Part shown: positions 1 to 6,981 of the stretch, in pieces | Layout of the letters: the number at the start of each line of letters is the position of its first letter | How positions within the stretch are numbered: position 1 is the first letter of the stretch | Assembly (NCBI GenBank): GCA_964634645.1 | Contig: CAZWKI010000002.1 | Location: 266 to 47,986, forward strand | Length of the DNA: 47,721 nucleotides | Reading direction: 5' to 3' | Origin: an uncultured Gammaproteobacteria bacterium | GTDB lineage: Bacteria > Patescibacteriota > Patescibacteriia > UBA1558 > S5-K13 | Notes under the pieces: generated by a model | What the model was told of the DNA's origin: nothing | Seen by the model: the letters and a program-made list of their open reading frames with translations, nothing else | Databases searched by the model: none | Program-made: the position numbers and the translations under genes

Positions 1-22
1 TGTGGATGGATCACCTCCTTTC
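1..22 (+). rRNA. rrs: 3' terminus of 16S rRNA (partial, continues upstream of window)
   Basis: GGATCACCTCCTT anti-Shine-Dalgarno tail at 8-20. Confidence 0.8.
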
Positions 23-226
23 TAAGGAGTAAAAAATTGATTCTCACGAATCAATTCATCGATCATCTGATTACATATCGGGTGAAGTTTCTACCACTAT
101 CTAGTTGTTAAACAAAAACAGTCTTTGTGACTCCATTGATTTTACAATAATTATGATGTATTATATTTATTGTTTAATGGGGTCGTTTTTTTTAAATATT
201 AGTTTCTAAATTTGTCTTTCAAAATT

Positions 227-247
227 ACCTGCTTGCCGGTAGGCAGG
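227..247. repeat. 21-nt GC-rich palindromic mini-element ACCTGCTTGCCGGTAGGCAGG flanked by AAAATT/AAAATT
   Basis: Palindrome with identical 6-nt flanks at 221-226 and 248-253. Similar copies lie at 12882-12898 and 37138-37158. Confidence 0.7.
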
Positions 248-286
248 AAAATTGAAAATTGAAAATAATAAATAGAAAATAGCTTA

Positions 287-541
287 GGGCGTGTAGCTCA
301 GTTGGTTAGAGCGCAACACTGACCCGCCTCCCGAAGTACAAACACAAATCAATTAAATTGAAAACTTTATTATCTATTGTTGGAGGGCGCATAGCTCAGT
401 TGGTTAGAGCGCAACACTGATAATGTTGAGGTCCCAAGTTCAACTCTTGGTGCGCCCACCAACAGTTGATAATACTGTTGTCCTTCGTACGGAGGGCAGG
501 TAATGTTGAGGTCCCAAGTTCGATCCTTGGCACGCCCACCA
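287..541 (+). tRNA. tRNA-Ile(GAU) interrupted between anticodon positions 35/36 by a 178-nt insert (323-500)
   Basis: Halves 287-322 and 501-541 join into a perfect 77-nt cloverleaf with encoded CCA. The ends of the insert are complementary to each other. Confidence 0.6.
385..461 (+). tRNA. tRNA-Ile(GAU), complete, lying inside the insert of the outer tRNA-Ile
   Basis: Hand-folded cloverleaf: GGGCGCA/TGCGCCC acceptor, anticodon loop CTGATAA, TTCAACT T-loop, CCA end. Confidence 0.9.
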
Positions 542-648
542 ATAGACACTTTAGAATAATGAATTTATAATGATGAATAAATTCAAGAATTTATTAATTA
601 ACTAATTTATTCAAAATTCAACATTAATAATTCAAAATTAAACTTCCG

Positions 649-723
649 CCGAAGTAGCTCAGCGGTAGAGCGAAGGACTGAAAATCCTTGCGTCGGCAGT
701 TCGACTCTGCCCTTCGGCACCAA
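649..723 (+). tRNA. tRNA-Phe(GAA)
   Basis: Cloverleaf: GCCGAAG/CTTCGGC acceptor, loop CTGAAAA, TTCGACT T-loop, CCA. Confidence 0.9.
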
Positions 724-826
724 AAACAATAATGAATTTTGAATTATGAATAATGAATTAAATTTTTAAATTCGATAATTAAATAATTTATTCAAAATTC
801 TAAATTTATAATTCAAAATTAGACTT

Positions 827-903
827 CGGGGTGTGGCGCAGTTGGCTAGCGCGCGTGCTTTGGGAGCATGAGGCCGTGGGTTCGAGTCCCACCACCCCGA
901 CCA
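827..903 (+). tRNA. tRNA-Pro(UGG)
   Basis: Cloverleaf with C1:G72, loop TTTGGGA, TTCGAGT T-loop, CCA. Confidence 0.9.
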
Positions 904-967
904 GTATAAACAGATAAGCTCTGTTTTTTATTTTTATATAATTTATATAATTAAGCTTACTTTAAAT

Positions 968-1032
968 GGTGGGACGATAAGTTTATCCCGCCGAAGCTTT
1001 AGTGAAGGCGGGAAGTCCCACCACCCCGACCA
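968..1032 (+). pseudogene. tRNA-Pro 3' fragment (T-arm, acceptor 3' strand and CCA) with a 28-nt GC hairpin (986-1013) inserted in the T-loop
   Basis: 1014-1032 AGTCCCACCACCCCGACCA is identical to the 3' end of tRNA-Pro(UGG). GGTGGGA at 968-974 pairs with TCCCACC. Confidence 0.7.
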
Positions 1033-1087
1033 TTCGACTCATCCCACTTTGTAGGATTCGCTCATGGTCTTCGACCAAAATTGAAAT

Positions 1088-1135
1088 ACAGATTAAATCT
1101 GTTTTTTTATTTACCAAAAAATTATAAAGTGATAA
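1088..1135 (+). repeat. 48-nt direct repeat (left copy) bracketing the TPR insert
   Basis: 44/48 identical to 3397-3444. Contains a weak ACAGA..TCTGT hairpin followed by a T-run. Confidence 0.8.
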
Positions 1136-1156
1136 TATTATATTAATTATATTAAT

Positions 1157-3109
1157 ATGAATAAAATGCGCCTAAATAATAATGAGTTTCATTTTGGAGA
1201 TCAACACAAATTTGAAATTCAATCGACCATAAATCAAAAACCCTTTGAAGATCCAGTCGTGAGATCTTTCTTTACTAGGTGGTGCGAAATTAACGACTCT
1301 ATTGATCCACAAGTTGTAACTAGAAAAGAATTTAACAATCGGGGGATGCAAGGAATTTTGGAAAAAAAACCAGGCGGCAAGCAAACATTGTTTATCCCAG
1401 AGGACCTACAACTTTGGGAAATGATTGGTGTCATGGAGATTATTGATAAAGACACTTTTGCCGCAAAACAGGAAAGAACGACTGAAATAAAAGAAAAAGT
1501 GCTTGCACTTGGGAAAATTTTTGAAAATGCCGGAGTATATATTGCCGAACGACTTGATGGAATTGAGGATGGCAAAGAAATAGCCGAAGCGTTAGCATTA
1601 GAATTTTACCAGTATGGACAATCTATTACTCACGGTAAAGCCCAAAAAACACCACAAATTGATAAAATCTCTTCAAAAAGTCTCACGCCTCAAGAGACCG
1701 AAGCGATAGATCAATTTTTGGCCGGAGACAATTTGTATAAATCTCGAAAGCAAAGAATTAAAAAATTAACTACCGAAGATATAGCTCAATTTTTTGGCGG
1801 AGACAATTTATATAGATCACAAAAACAAAGAAATGAAAAATTAAACTCTGAAGATCAAGTAAAAAATGATGAGTTGTATGAAAAAGAACGTCAAAAAACC
1901 CTAGTCCAATTTTTCGCGGTAGCCGAAAAAGCATTTGCGATTGAAAGTAAAAATCTTGATGGAGCACTAAGAGAAAGTCCCACGAAACTAAAACCTTGGC
2001 AAAGTGACACCCCTATTCACAGCGCTTTTTTGAAAAGAATTAATAGGGCACTGACAAAACAAATTGAAACTCCAAAACGAGAATTTCAGACCTCTATATT
2101 TAGGCGTGGCATGGAACTGCTACAGCGCAATATGCCTTTTGACAAACTCCCTAATTGGGTTAAATATAGTTATCTTCACTGGCGGAATGGTGAAACCACA
2201 CTCAGAGAGGCTCTTAAGATTGACGAAATGGCAGCAGAGTTAGATCAAATACGTAAAACGGGAAATACTACACAAATAGCAAAAAAAGAACAAAAAATTG
2301 CCGACAAAATTCAAGAAGCCGTTTCAAATTTTTCTTATCAAAATCAATCAAATAATCCGTCAGAGATGGTTGCCAGCCAATGTATCAACTGTGTTGGCGC
2401 TTCAATGCTTGGAGGTGCACTAATGAAAGAAGCCGGTCTGAACTATTTAGTTGGACAAATACCTGGTCACTCTATACTTTTACTTGTGATGAGTGATGAG
2501 CGGGTTGAGTGGCGCGATATGCTCCATACTTCATTCAATGAACACATAACTGATGAAATGATAAGTGGTCAAAGAAAAGATGGCAAGCCATTGACCGTCA
2601 ATGATATTGTCGAATTTAGTCAGAAGCCGGGCTCTGAATCGCTAATATTTGATAATAACCCAAAAAAGTTGCGCTATCAATTATATTGTTTTAATAAGGG
2701 GCACCAACGTATAAATATCTTTGAACCGGAATACGGACAACAAATTCAGGTATTGAATAATACAGGCTACACCCTTAATTCGCTCGGCCGCTATGAAGAA
2801 GCAATTGAAGCGTACCGACAAGCAATTGAAATTGATCCAAAATATGCAGATCCCTACTTTAATTTAGGTATCAATCTTCATCATCTCTATCGCTATGAAG
2901 AAGCAATTGAAGCGTACCGACAAGCAATTGAAATTGATCCAAAGTTTGCTTATGCCTACTTTAATTTAGGTATCGTTCTTAATTATTCGCTCGGCCGCCG
3001 TGAAGAAGCAATTGAAGCGTACCAAAAATTTATTGAATTAGCAGATAATAAAAACGACTATCCTTTAATAGTCAAAGCCAAACAGATGATTGCGGATTTA
3101 AAAAAATAA
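1157..3109 (+). CDS. TPR-repeat protein with a possible transglutaminase-like Cys/His/Asp core
   Basis: Three C-terminal 34-aa TPR units (EEAIEAYRQAIEIDPK). Candidate catalytic motif QCINCVGASML...GHSILL...WRD. Internal repeat GDNLY(K/R)S(R/Q)KQR appears twice. Confidence 0.75.
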   Translation: MNKMRLNNNEFHFGDQHKFEIQSTINQKPFEDPVVRSFFTRWCEINDSIDPQVVTRKEFNNRGMQGILEKKPGGKQTLFIPEDLQLWEMIGVMEIIDKDTFAAKQERTTEIKEKVLALGKIFENAGVYIAERLDGIEDGKEIAEALALEFYQYGQSITHGKAQKTPQIDKISSKSLTPQETEAIDQFLAGDNLYKSRKQRIKKLTTEDIAQFFGGDNLYRSQKQRNEKLNSEDQVKNDELYEKERQKTLVQFFAVAEKAFAIESKNLDGALRESPTKLKPWQSDTPIHSAFLKRINRALTKQIETPKREFQTSIFRRGMELLQRNMPFDKLPNWVKYSYLHWRNGETTLREALKIDEMAAELDQIRKTGNTTQIAKKEQKIADKIQEAVSNFSYQNQSNNPSEMVASQCINCVGASMLGGALMKEAGLNYLVGQIPGHSILLLVMSDERVEWRDMLHTSFNEHITDEMISGQRKDGKPLTVNDIVEFSQKPGSESLIFDNNPKKLRYQLYCFNKGHQRINIFEPEYGQQIQVLNNTGYTLNSLGRYEEAIEAYRQAIEIDPKYADPYFNLGINLHHLYRYEEAIEAYRQAIEIDPKFAYAYFNLGIVLNYSLGRREEAIEAYQKFIELADNKNDYPLIVKAKQMIADLKK

Positions 3110-3396
3110 AACGGCAACCAGTTTTGCTAGCACGTAATTATACGACGACAAAAACGAGAGCAAGACGTAGATTCCTTTTTCCTCCACCCACATCCTTCTC
3201 GTCCCGCTAAGCGGGATCGCCCCGACAATTCTTCGTTCCGTGAAGCGGAACTTCGAATGGCGCGCCACTCCTTTGAAACTTTAAGTGAAAAAGGAAGCTA
3301 TTCGACTTTTCGAAGAAGAAGAAAGAATGGTCCACCGAAGATTTCTTGTTTATCGTAACTTTAGTGGAGATAGAAGCGAAGGTGGACACGCAACAA

Positions 3397-3444
3397 ACAG
3401 ATAAACTCTGTTTTTTTGTTTACCAAAAAATTATAAAATGATAA
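3397..3444 (+). repeat. 48-nt direct repeat (right copy)
   Basis: See 1088-1135. A third partial copy lies at about 910-935. Confidence 0.8.
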
Positions 3445-3467
3445 AATCTATAAATAACATATATAAG

Positions 3468-3545
3468 CAGGGTGTAGCATAGCTGGTCCAGTGCGCAGGG
3501 CTGGGGGTCCTGAGATCGAGAGTTCAAATCTCTCCACCCTGACCA
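3468..3545 (+). tRNA. tRNA-Pro(GGG)
   Basis: CAGGGTG/CACCCTG acceptor (C1:G72), loop CTGGGGG, TTCAAAT T-loop, CCA. Confidence 0.85.
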
Positions 3546-3730
3546 TTTTCAAATAAATCGTTTTTATTGTGTCTAAAATATATAAATATTAATAACATTA
3601 TAAAATATTTTATATAATTAAAGTCCTATTATATGGAAAAAAATATTAATAAAAGCATCCCTCCAAATGATGTGCAAAAAATCGATTATTACACAACAAA
3701 AAAGAAAAAAACATTGATCTTTTTTTAGGT

Positions 3731-3973
3731 ATGTTAATAACAATCACTTGTTATGTTCTTTGGTTTTTTATAATCCCGAAATTTCTACTTTTAGGACCAT
3801 ATATTTTTATTGACTGCATAGCATTATTAATAATATTTTTTTTAAAAAGTAAAAGAGAATATATTAAAAAGGGTGTGATAATATTATTTACCTTAACTGC
3901 GGGGTCGGTTGTTATTTTTATGATAATTATGTTTATTTATATGTTAATAACCAAAACGTCTATTGTTGGCTAA
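3731..3973 (+). CDS. small hydrophobic membrane protein (hypothetical)
   Basis: 80-aa ORF with 2-3 predicted TM stretches. No homology recognised. Confidence 0.4.
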   Translation: MLITITCYVLWFFIIPKFLLLGPYIFIDCIALLIIFFLKSKREYIKKGVIILFTLTAGSVVIFMIIMFIYMLITKTSIVG

Positions 3974-4113
3974 TAAAATCTTGAAATTTCCTAGCAAATT
4001 TAAATAGACAAAAACCCTCATTTCACAAAACCCTCTATTTATCATATAATTTAAAAGTGCTATAATAAAAGTGCCTATAAACAAAGGGCAAACTAATCAT
4101 TAATTAAAATAAA

Positions 4114-4395
4114 ATGGCAAAGATGACAAAATCTCAGCTAATGACAATGTTGGCTGAAAAAACAGGTTTATCTAAAAAAGATGTAGTAAACTTCATGGAT
4201 GTGCTTGTTGACGTAGCATACAAAGAAGTAAAAAATGGTGGCGAATTCGTTTTACCAGGATTTGGTAAAATGGTAAAAGCAAGAAGAAAAGAAAGAATGG
4301 GAGTAAACCCAGCAACAGGAGAAAAAATTAAGATTGCAGCAAAAACTGTTGTAAAATTCAGATTGGCAAAAGCAGCAAAAGAGGCTGTATTATAA
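4114..4395 (+). CDS. hup: HU/IHF-family DNA-binding protein
   Basis: MTKSQL...FGKMVKARRKERMGVNPATGEKIKI beta-arm motif. Terminator follows. Confidence 0.9.
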   Translation: MAKMTKSQLMTMLAEKTGLSKKDVVNFMDVLVDVAYKEVKNGGEFVLPGFGKMVKARRKERMGVNPATGEKIKIAAKTVVKFRLAKAAKEAVL

Positions 4396-4416
4396 ATCAA
4401 AACTCTCGACACAAAA

Positions 4417-4443
4417 ACATCCCGTTTTGCGGGATGTTTTTTT
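4417..4443 (+). terminator. rho-independent terminator after hup
   Basis: ACATCCCG-TTTTG-CGGGATGT followed by a T-run. Confidence 0.8.
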
Positions 4444-4533
4444 ATTGCTAGATAATTGTTGTTCTGCTAAAATTATATAGAAATATAAATTATTGGCATT
4501 TTCTTATACATTGAATACTCTCAAAATCTGCCA

Positions 4534-4562
4534 TTGACACTATATTGATTTGCCCCTATAAT
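4534..4562 (+). promoter_or_regulatory. consensus sigma70-type promoter TTGACA-N17-TATAAT
   Basis: Exact hexamers at 4534-4539 and 4557-4562. Confidence 0.7.
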
Positions 4563-4592
4563 TTCTTTATAAAATTTAAAGAAAATAAGACT

Positions 4593-4955
4593 ATGAATAA
4601 AAAAACACTTAAACAAATTAAAGAAAATTTATTAAAGGAAAAAGAAGATTTAATAAAAGAATTAAATAGTTTCGCAAAAAAGAACACAAATGTTGAGAAT
4701 GAATATGATGCTAAATTTCCAGATTATGGAGATGACGAAGATGACAATGCATCTGAGGTAGCTGATTTTGAAAGCGATCTTTATTTAGAAAAGACTCTTG
4801 AAAAATCTCTTGAAAAGGTTGATGAGGCTCTAAAAATAATTGACAAAGGAACATATGGAAAATGCATTGTATGTGGAAAATCAATTCCAGAAGAAAGACT
4901 AGTAGCATTCCCTACTGCAAACAAATGCATGGACTGCAAAAAGAAAACTTTATAA
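4593..4955 (+). CDS. DksA/TraR-family C4 zinc-finger protein
   Basis: C-terminal CxxC-N17-CxxC (CIVCGKSIPEERLVAFPTANKCMDC). ATG at 4593 was chosen because the tracked TTG at 4545 lies inside the promoter. Confidence 0.8.
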   Translation: MNKKTLKQIKENLLKEKEDLIKELNSFAKKNTNVENEYDAKFPDYGDDEDDNASEVADFESDLYLEKTLEKSLEKVDEALKIIDKGTYGKCIVCGKSIPEERLVAFPTANKCMDCKKKTL

Positions 4956-4959
4956 AAAA

Positions 4960-5436
4960 ATGAAACAAAAAATTATCTCTATATCACTATTTTCTTTTTG
5001 TCTATTTATAATAGATAGAGCATCAAAATATTTAGCTTTAAATAAACTTCCATCTTATGGGGTTTATTTTTTTGAAAAAATAATTTATCTTAAATTAGAA
5101 AAAAACCTCGGCATTGCTTTTGGAATAGCTTTACCAAAAATATTTATAATTACTTTGACAATTATAATAATATTTTTATTGTTTTATTTTTTTATTAAGT
5201 ATTATAAGAAACAAAATAATCTTATTTGTTTATTGATTTTAATAGTTATAATCGGGGCAATAAGCAATCTCTTAGATAGGTTGTTTCATGGATATGTAAT
5301 TGATTTTATAAATATTTCAATTATTCCTGTCTTTAATTTGGCTGATTTTTATATATTTGTTTCTATGGTGATCTATATAATCTTGGAATTTAAACACAAA
5401 AAAACACCCCTCGAAGAATCAAAAGGTGTTTCTTAA
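4960..5436 (+). CDS. lspA: lipoprotein signal peptidase II
   Basis: Four-TM layout with NLGIAFG and NLLDRL...GYVIDFI...FNLAD motifs. Confidence 0.85.
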   Translation: MKQKIISISLFSFCLFIIDRASKYLALNKLPSYGVYFFEKIIYLKLEKNLGIAFGIALPKIFIITLTIIIIFLLFYFFIKYYKKQNNLICLLILIVIIGAISNLLDRLFHGYVIDFINISIIPVFNLADFYIFVSMVIYIILEFKHKKTPLEESKGVS

Positions 5437-5438
5437 AA

Positions 5439-6392
5439 TCATTTCTTCTTTGTAAATAGTAGGCTCAGTATAGAAACGATTACAACAACAGACAACAGGC
5501 CTATTCCTATAATTTTGTTTTTGTTTTTCTTATAAATTTCTTCAAAAATTCCGTTTCTGCTTTGTTTTTCGTTTTGTAAATCTTCTACCGATACTTCTTC
5601 TGTGACTATATTCTCAGCTTCTTTTGTTATTTCGCTATTCTTATTCACTTCTTCGCTTTTGCTTTTATCCACGACAAGCATATTTTCCTCAATTTTATTA
5701 ACACTTACACTAACATCATCTATTCCACTTTCTGAAACAACAACGCTTTTGTCATTGTCTTGCATACTAATTTTAATACCGCTGACTTTCTCTTCTTTTA
5801 TAGAACTTATGTCACTATTTTCTTCCGTTAAATTGCTTTCTGTGCTTGTTGTGGTGGCTTCTTTTTTTGTAGAGATTTCTTGGTTTATAGACTCACTTGA
5901 CCTAATTATGTTTTGCTCTTTTGTTTTTATTATAAATGTATTTTCTACAGAGACAAAGCTTCTTCCCCATTTATTCATGGTCCAAGATATGACAGACCAT
6001 TTATGAGAACCAATTTCAATGTTTTTATTAACTTTAAAATAAAAATTTGCTGTTCCGCTTGCATCTTCATTTACCACTGCTTCCCCCTCATAAACTCCAT
6101 CCACATAAATACTAATTCTAGTTTTATTTGGAGTAAGTCCAGTAAGATAAATATCTTCGCTTGAAAAATATTCATCATTTTCTGGTTTTCTTAGAGTTGG
6201 AATTGTAACCATACAGTGTTTGACGCTACATTCCTTTTTGTACTCTAAATTGTAATCAATTTCCTCCTCTTGTCCATACGCATTATAGGCAGAACAAAAT
6301 AAAAACAAAATCCCCAAAAAAAGCCCGAACAAAATTTTTCTTTGTTTCATAAGCTTTTTTATCCAGCTTAGCTGGATGCATTTAATTTTCAA
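5439..6392 (-). CDS. hypothetical secreted protein with a C-terminal membrane anchor
   Basis: Signal peptide (start may be the internal MKQRKILFG), Ser/Glu-rich linker, C-terminal TM segment. Confidence 0.6.
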   Translation of the reverse strand: MKIKCIQLSWIKKLMKQRKILFGLFLGILFLFCSAYNAYGQEEEIDYNLEYKKECSVKHCMVTIPTLRKPENDEYFSSEDIYLTGLTPNKTRISIYVDGVYEGEAVVNEDASGTANFYFKVNKNIEIGSHKWSVISWTMNKWGRSFVSVENTFIIKTKEQNIIRSSESINQEISTKKEATTTSTESNLTEENSDISSIKEEKVSGIKISMQDNDKSVVVSESGIDDVSVSVNKIEENMLVVDKSKSEEVNKNSEITKEAENIVTEEVSVEDLQNEKQSRNGIFEEIYKKNKNKIIGIGLLSVVVIVSILSLLFTKKK

Positions 6393-6478
6393 ATTACTAT
6401 GTTTTGTAGATATACTTTATTACATTGAAAATAAAAGTCAATATAGCCAAATAGTTATTTTTGTGGCATATAAAAATA

Positions 6479-6832
6479 CTAATATTCTAGTATTTTTATG
6501 CTTGCTTTTTTGCTTTTTAAATCAAGAAACACAAATACAAACAAAAGTTCGAAGTCGTTATCAACATCTCTATCCATTAAGTAATACAAAATTGATTTTT
6601 CAAGACGTTGTAATTTATAATATGAAATTGAGTCTTCCAAATCACCGTATTGAAAATTCGTTCTTGTTTTTACTTCTATAAAATATAATATTTTATCTTT
6701 TTCTGCCAAAACATCTATTTCGCCATAGCGAAAATAAATATTTCTATTCAAAATTTTATAACAGTGCTTTTCTAAATATCTTATAGCAATATCCTCCCCA
6801 AGTTTTCCTGTCTTTTGATTATATTTTTTCAT
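6479..6832 (-). CDS. yraN: YraN-family (UPF0102) endonuclease
   Basis: GKLGEDIAIRYLEK...GEIDVLAEKD..LYFIEVKTR motifs. Confidence 0.85.
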   Translation of the reverse strand: MKKYNQKTGKLGEDIAIRYLEKHCYKILNRNIYFRYGEIDVLAEKDKILYFIEVKTRTNFQYGDLEDSISYYKLQRLEKSILYYLMDRDVDNDFELLFVFVFLDLKSKKASIKILEY

Positions 6833-6876
6833 ATTGCTTATTATAAAATCTTGTTTTTTCTGTCACTCTAAACTTG

Positions 6877-6907
6877 CCTGCCCGCCGAAGCCTTGGCGAA
6901 GGCGGGA
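6877..6907. repeat. GC-rich hairpin element CCTGCCCGCCGAAGCCTTGGCGAAGGCGGGA
   Basis: Member of the recurrent TCCCGCC...GGCGGGA family. Intergenic. Confidence 0.7.
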
Positions 6908-6981
6908 AAATAAAAAGTCGCTCATTGCGACCCTTATCTTAAAACCCTAAAATCTAAAACCTAGACCCTAAACCCTAAACT

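Noticed and set aside
323-500. Group I intron in tRNA-Ile
   Set aside because: After subtracting the embedded tRNA, only 62 and 39 nt remain. That is far too short for a P3-P9 catalytic core, and I could not identify P7-like or guanosine-binding elements by eye. It still deserves an Infernal scan.
542-1140. CRISPR array
   Set aside because: The repeats are about 100-nt AT-rich tRNA spacers interleaved with tRNA genes, not 25-40-nt repeats with unique spacers. No cas genes are present.
1172-1967. Antisense ORFs inside the TPR gene. The same applies to 4134-4412, 5602-6164, 17442-17735, 28294-29041, 42616-42969 and others.
   Set aside because: They are fully nested opposite longer ORFs that have recognisable domains, which is typical of shadow ORFs in AT-rich DNA.
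3207-3389. 60-aa minus-strand ORF in the GC-rich tail
   Set aside because: It has no Shine-Dalgarno sequence and overlaps hairpin-family and helix-rich sequence. The region is more likely non-coding.
3110-3396. RNase P RNA, tmRNA or SRP RNA in the GC-rich non-coding stretches (also 37550-37800 and 41240-41410)
   Set aside because: I could not find the conserved P4 GAGGAAAGTCC motif, the tmRNA tag ORF with its tRNA-like end, or the SRP GGAA-loop and AGCA motifs. The identity of these stretches is left open.
904-3467. Classical integrase-mediated genomic island at tRNA-Pro
   Set aside because: No tyrosine or serine recombinase gene lies in or near the insert. The repeats are spacer or terminator sequence rather than the tRNA 3' end.
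4545-4592. TTG-initiated N-terminal extension of the DksA-like ORF
   Set aside because: The TTG lies inside the TTGACA-N17-TATAAT promoter (4534-4562). The ATG at 4593 is the plausible start.
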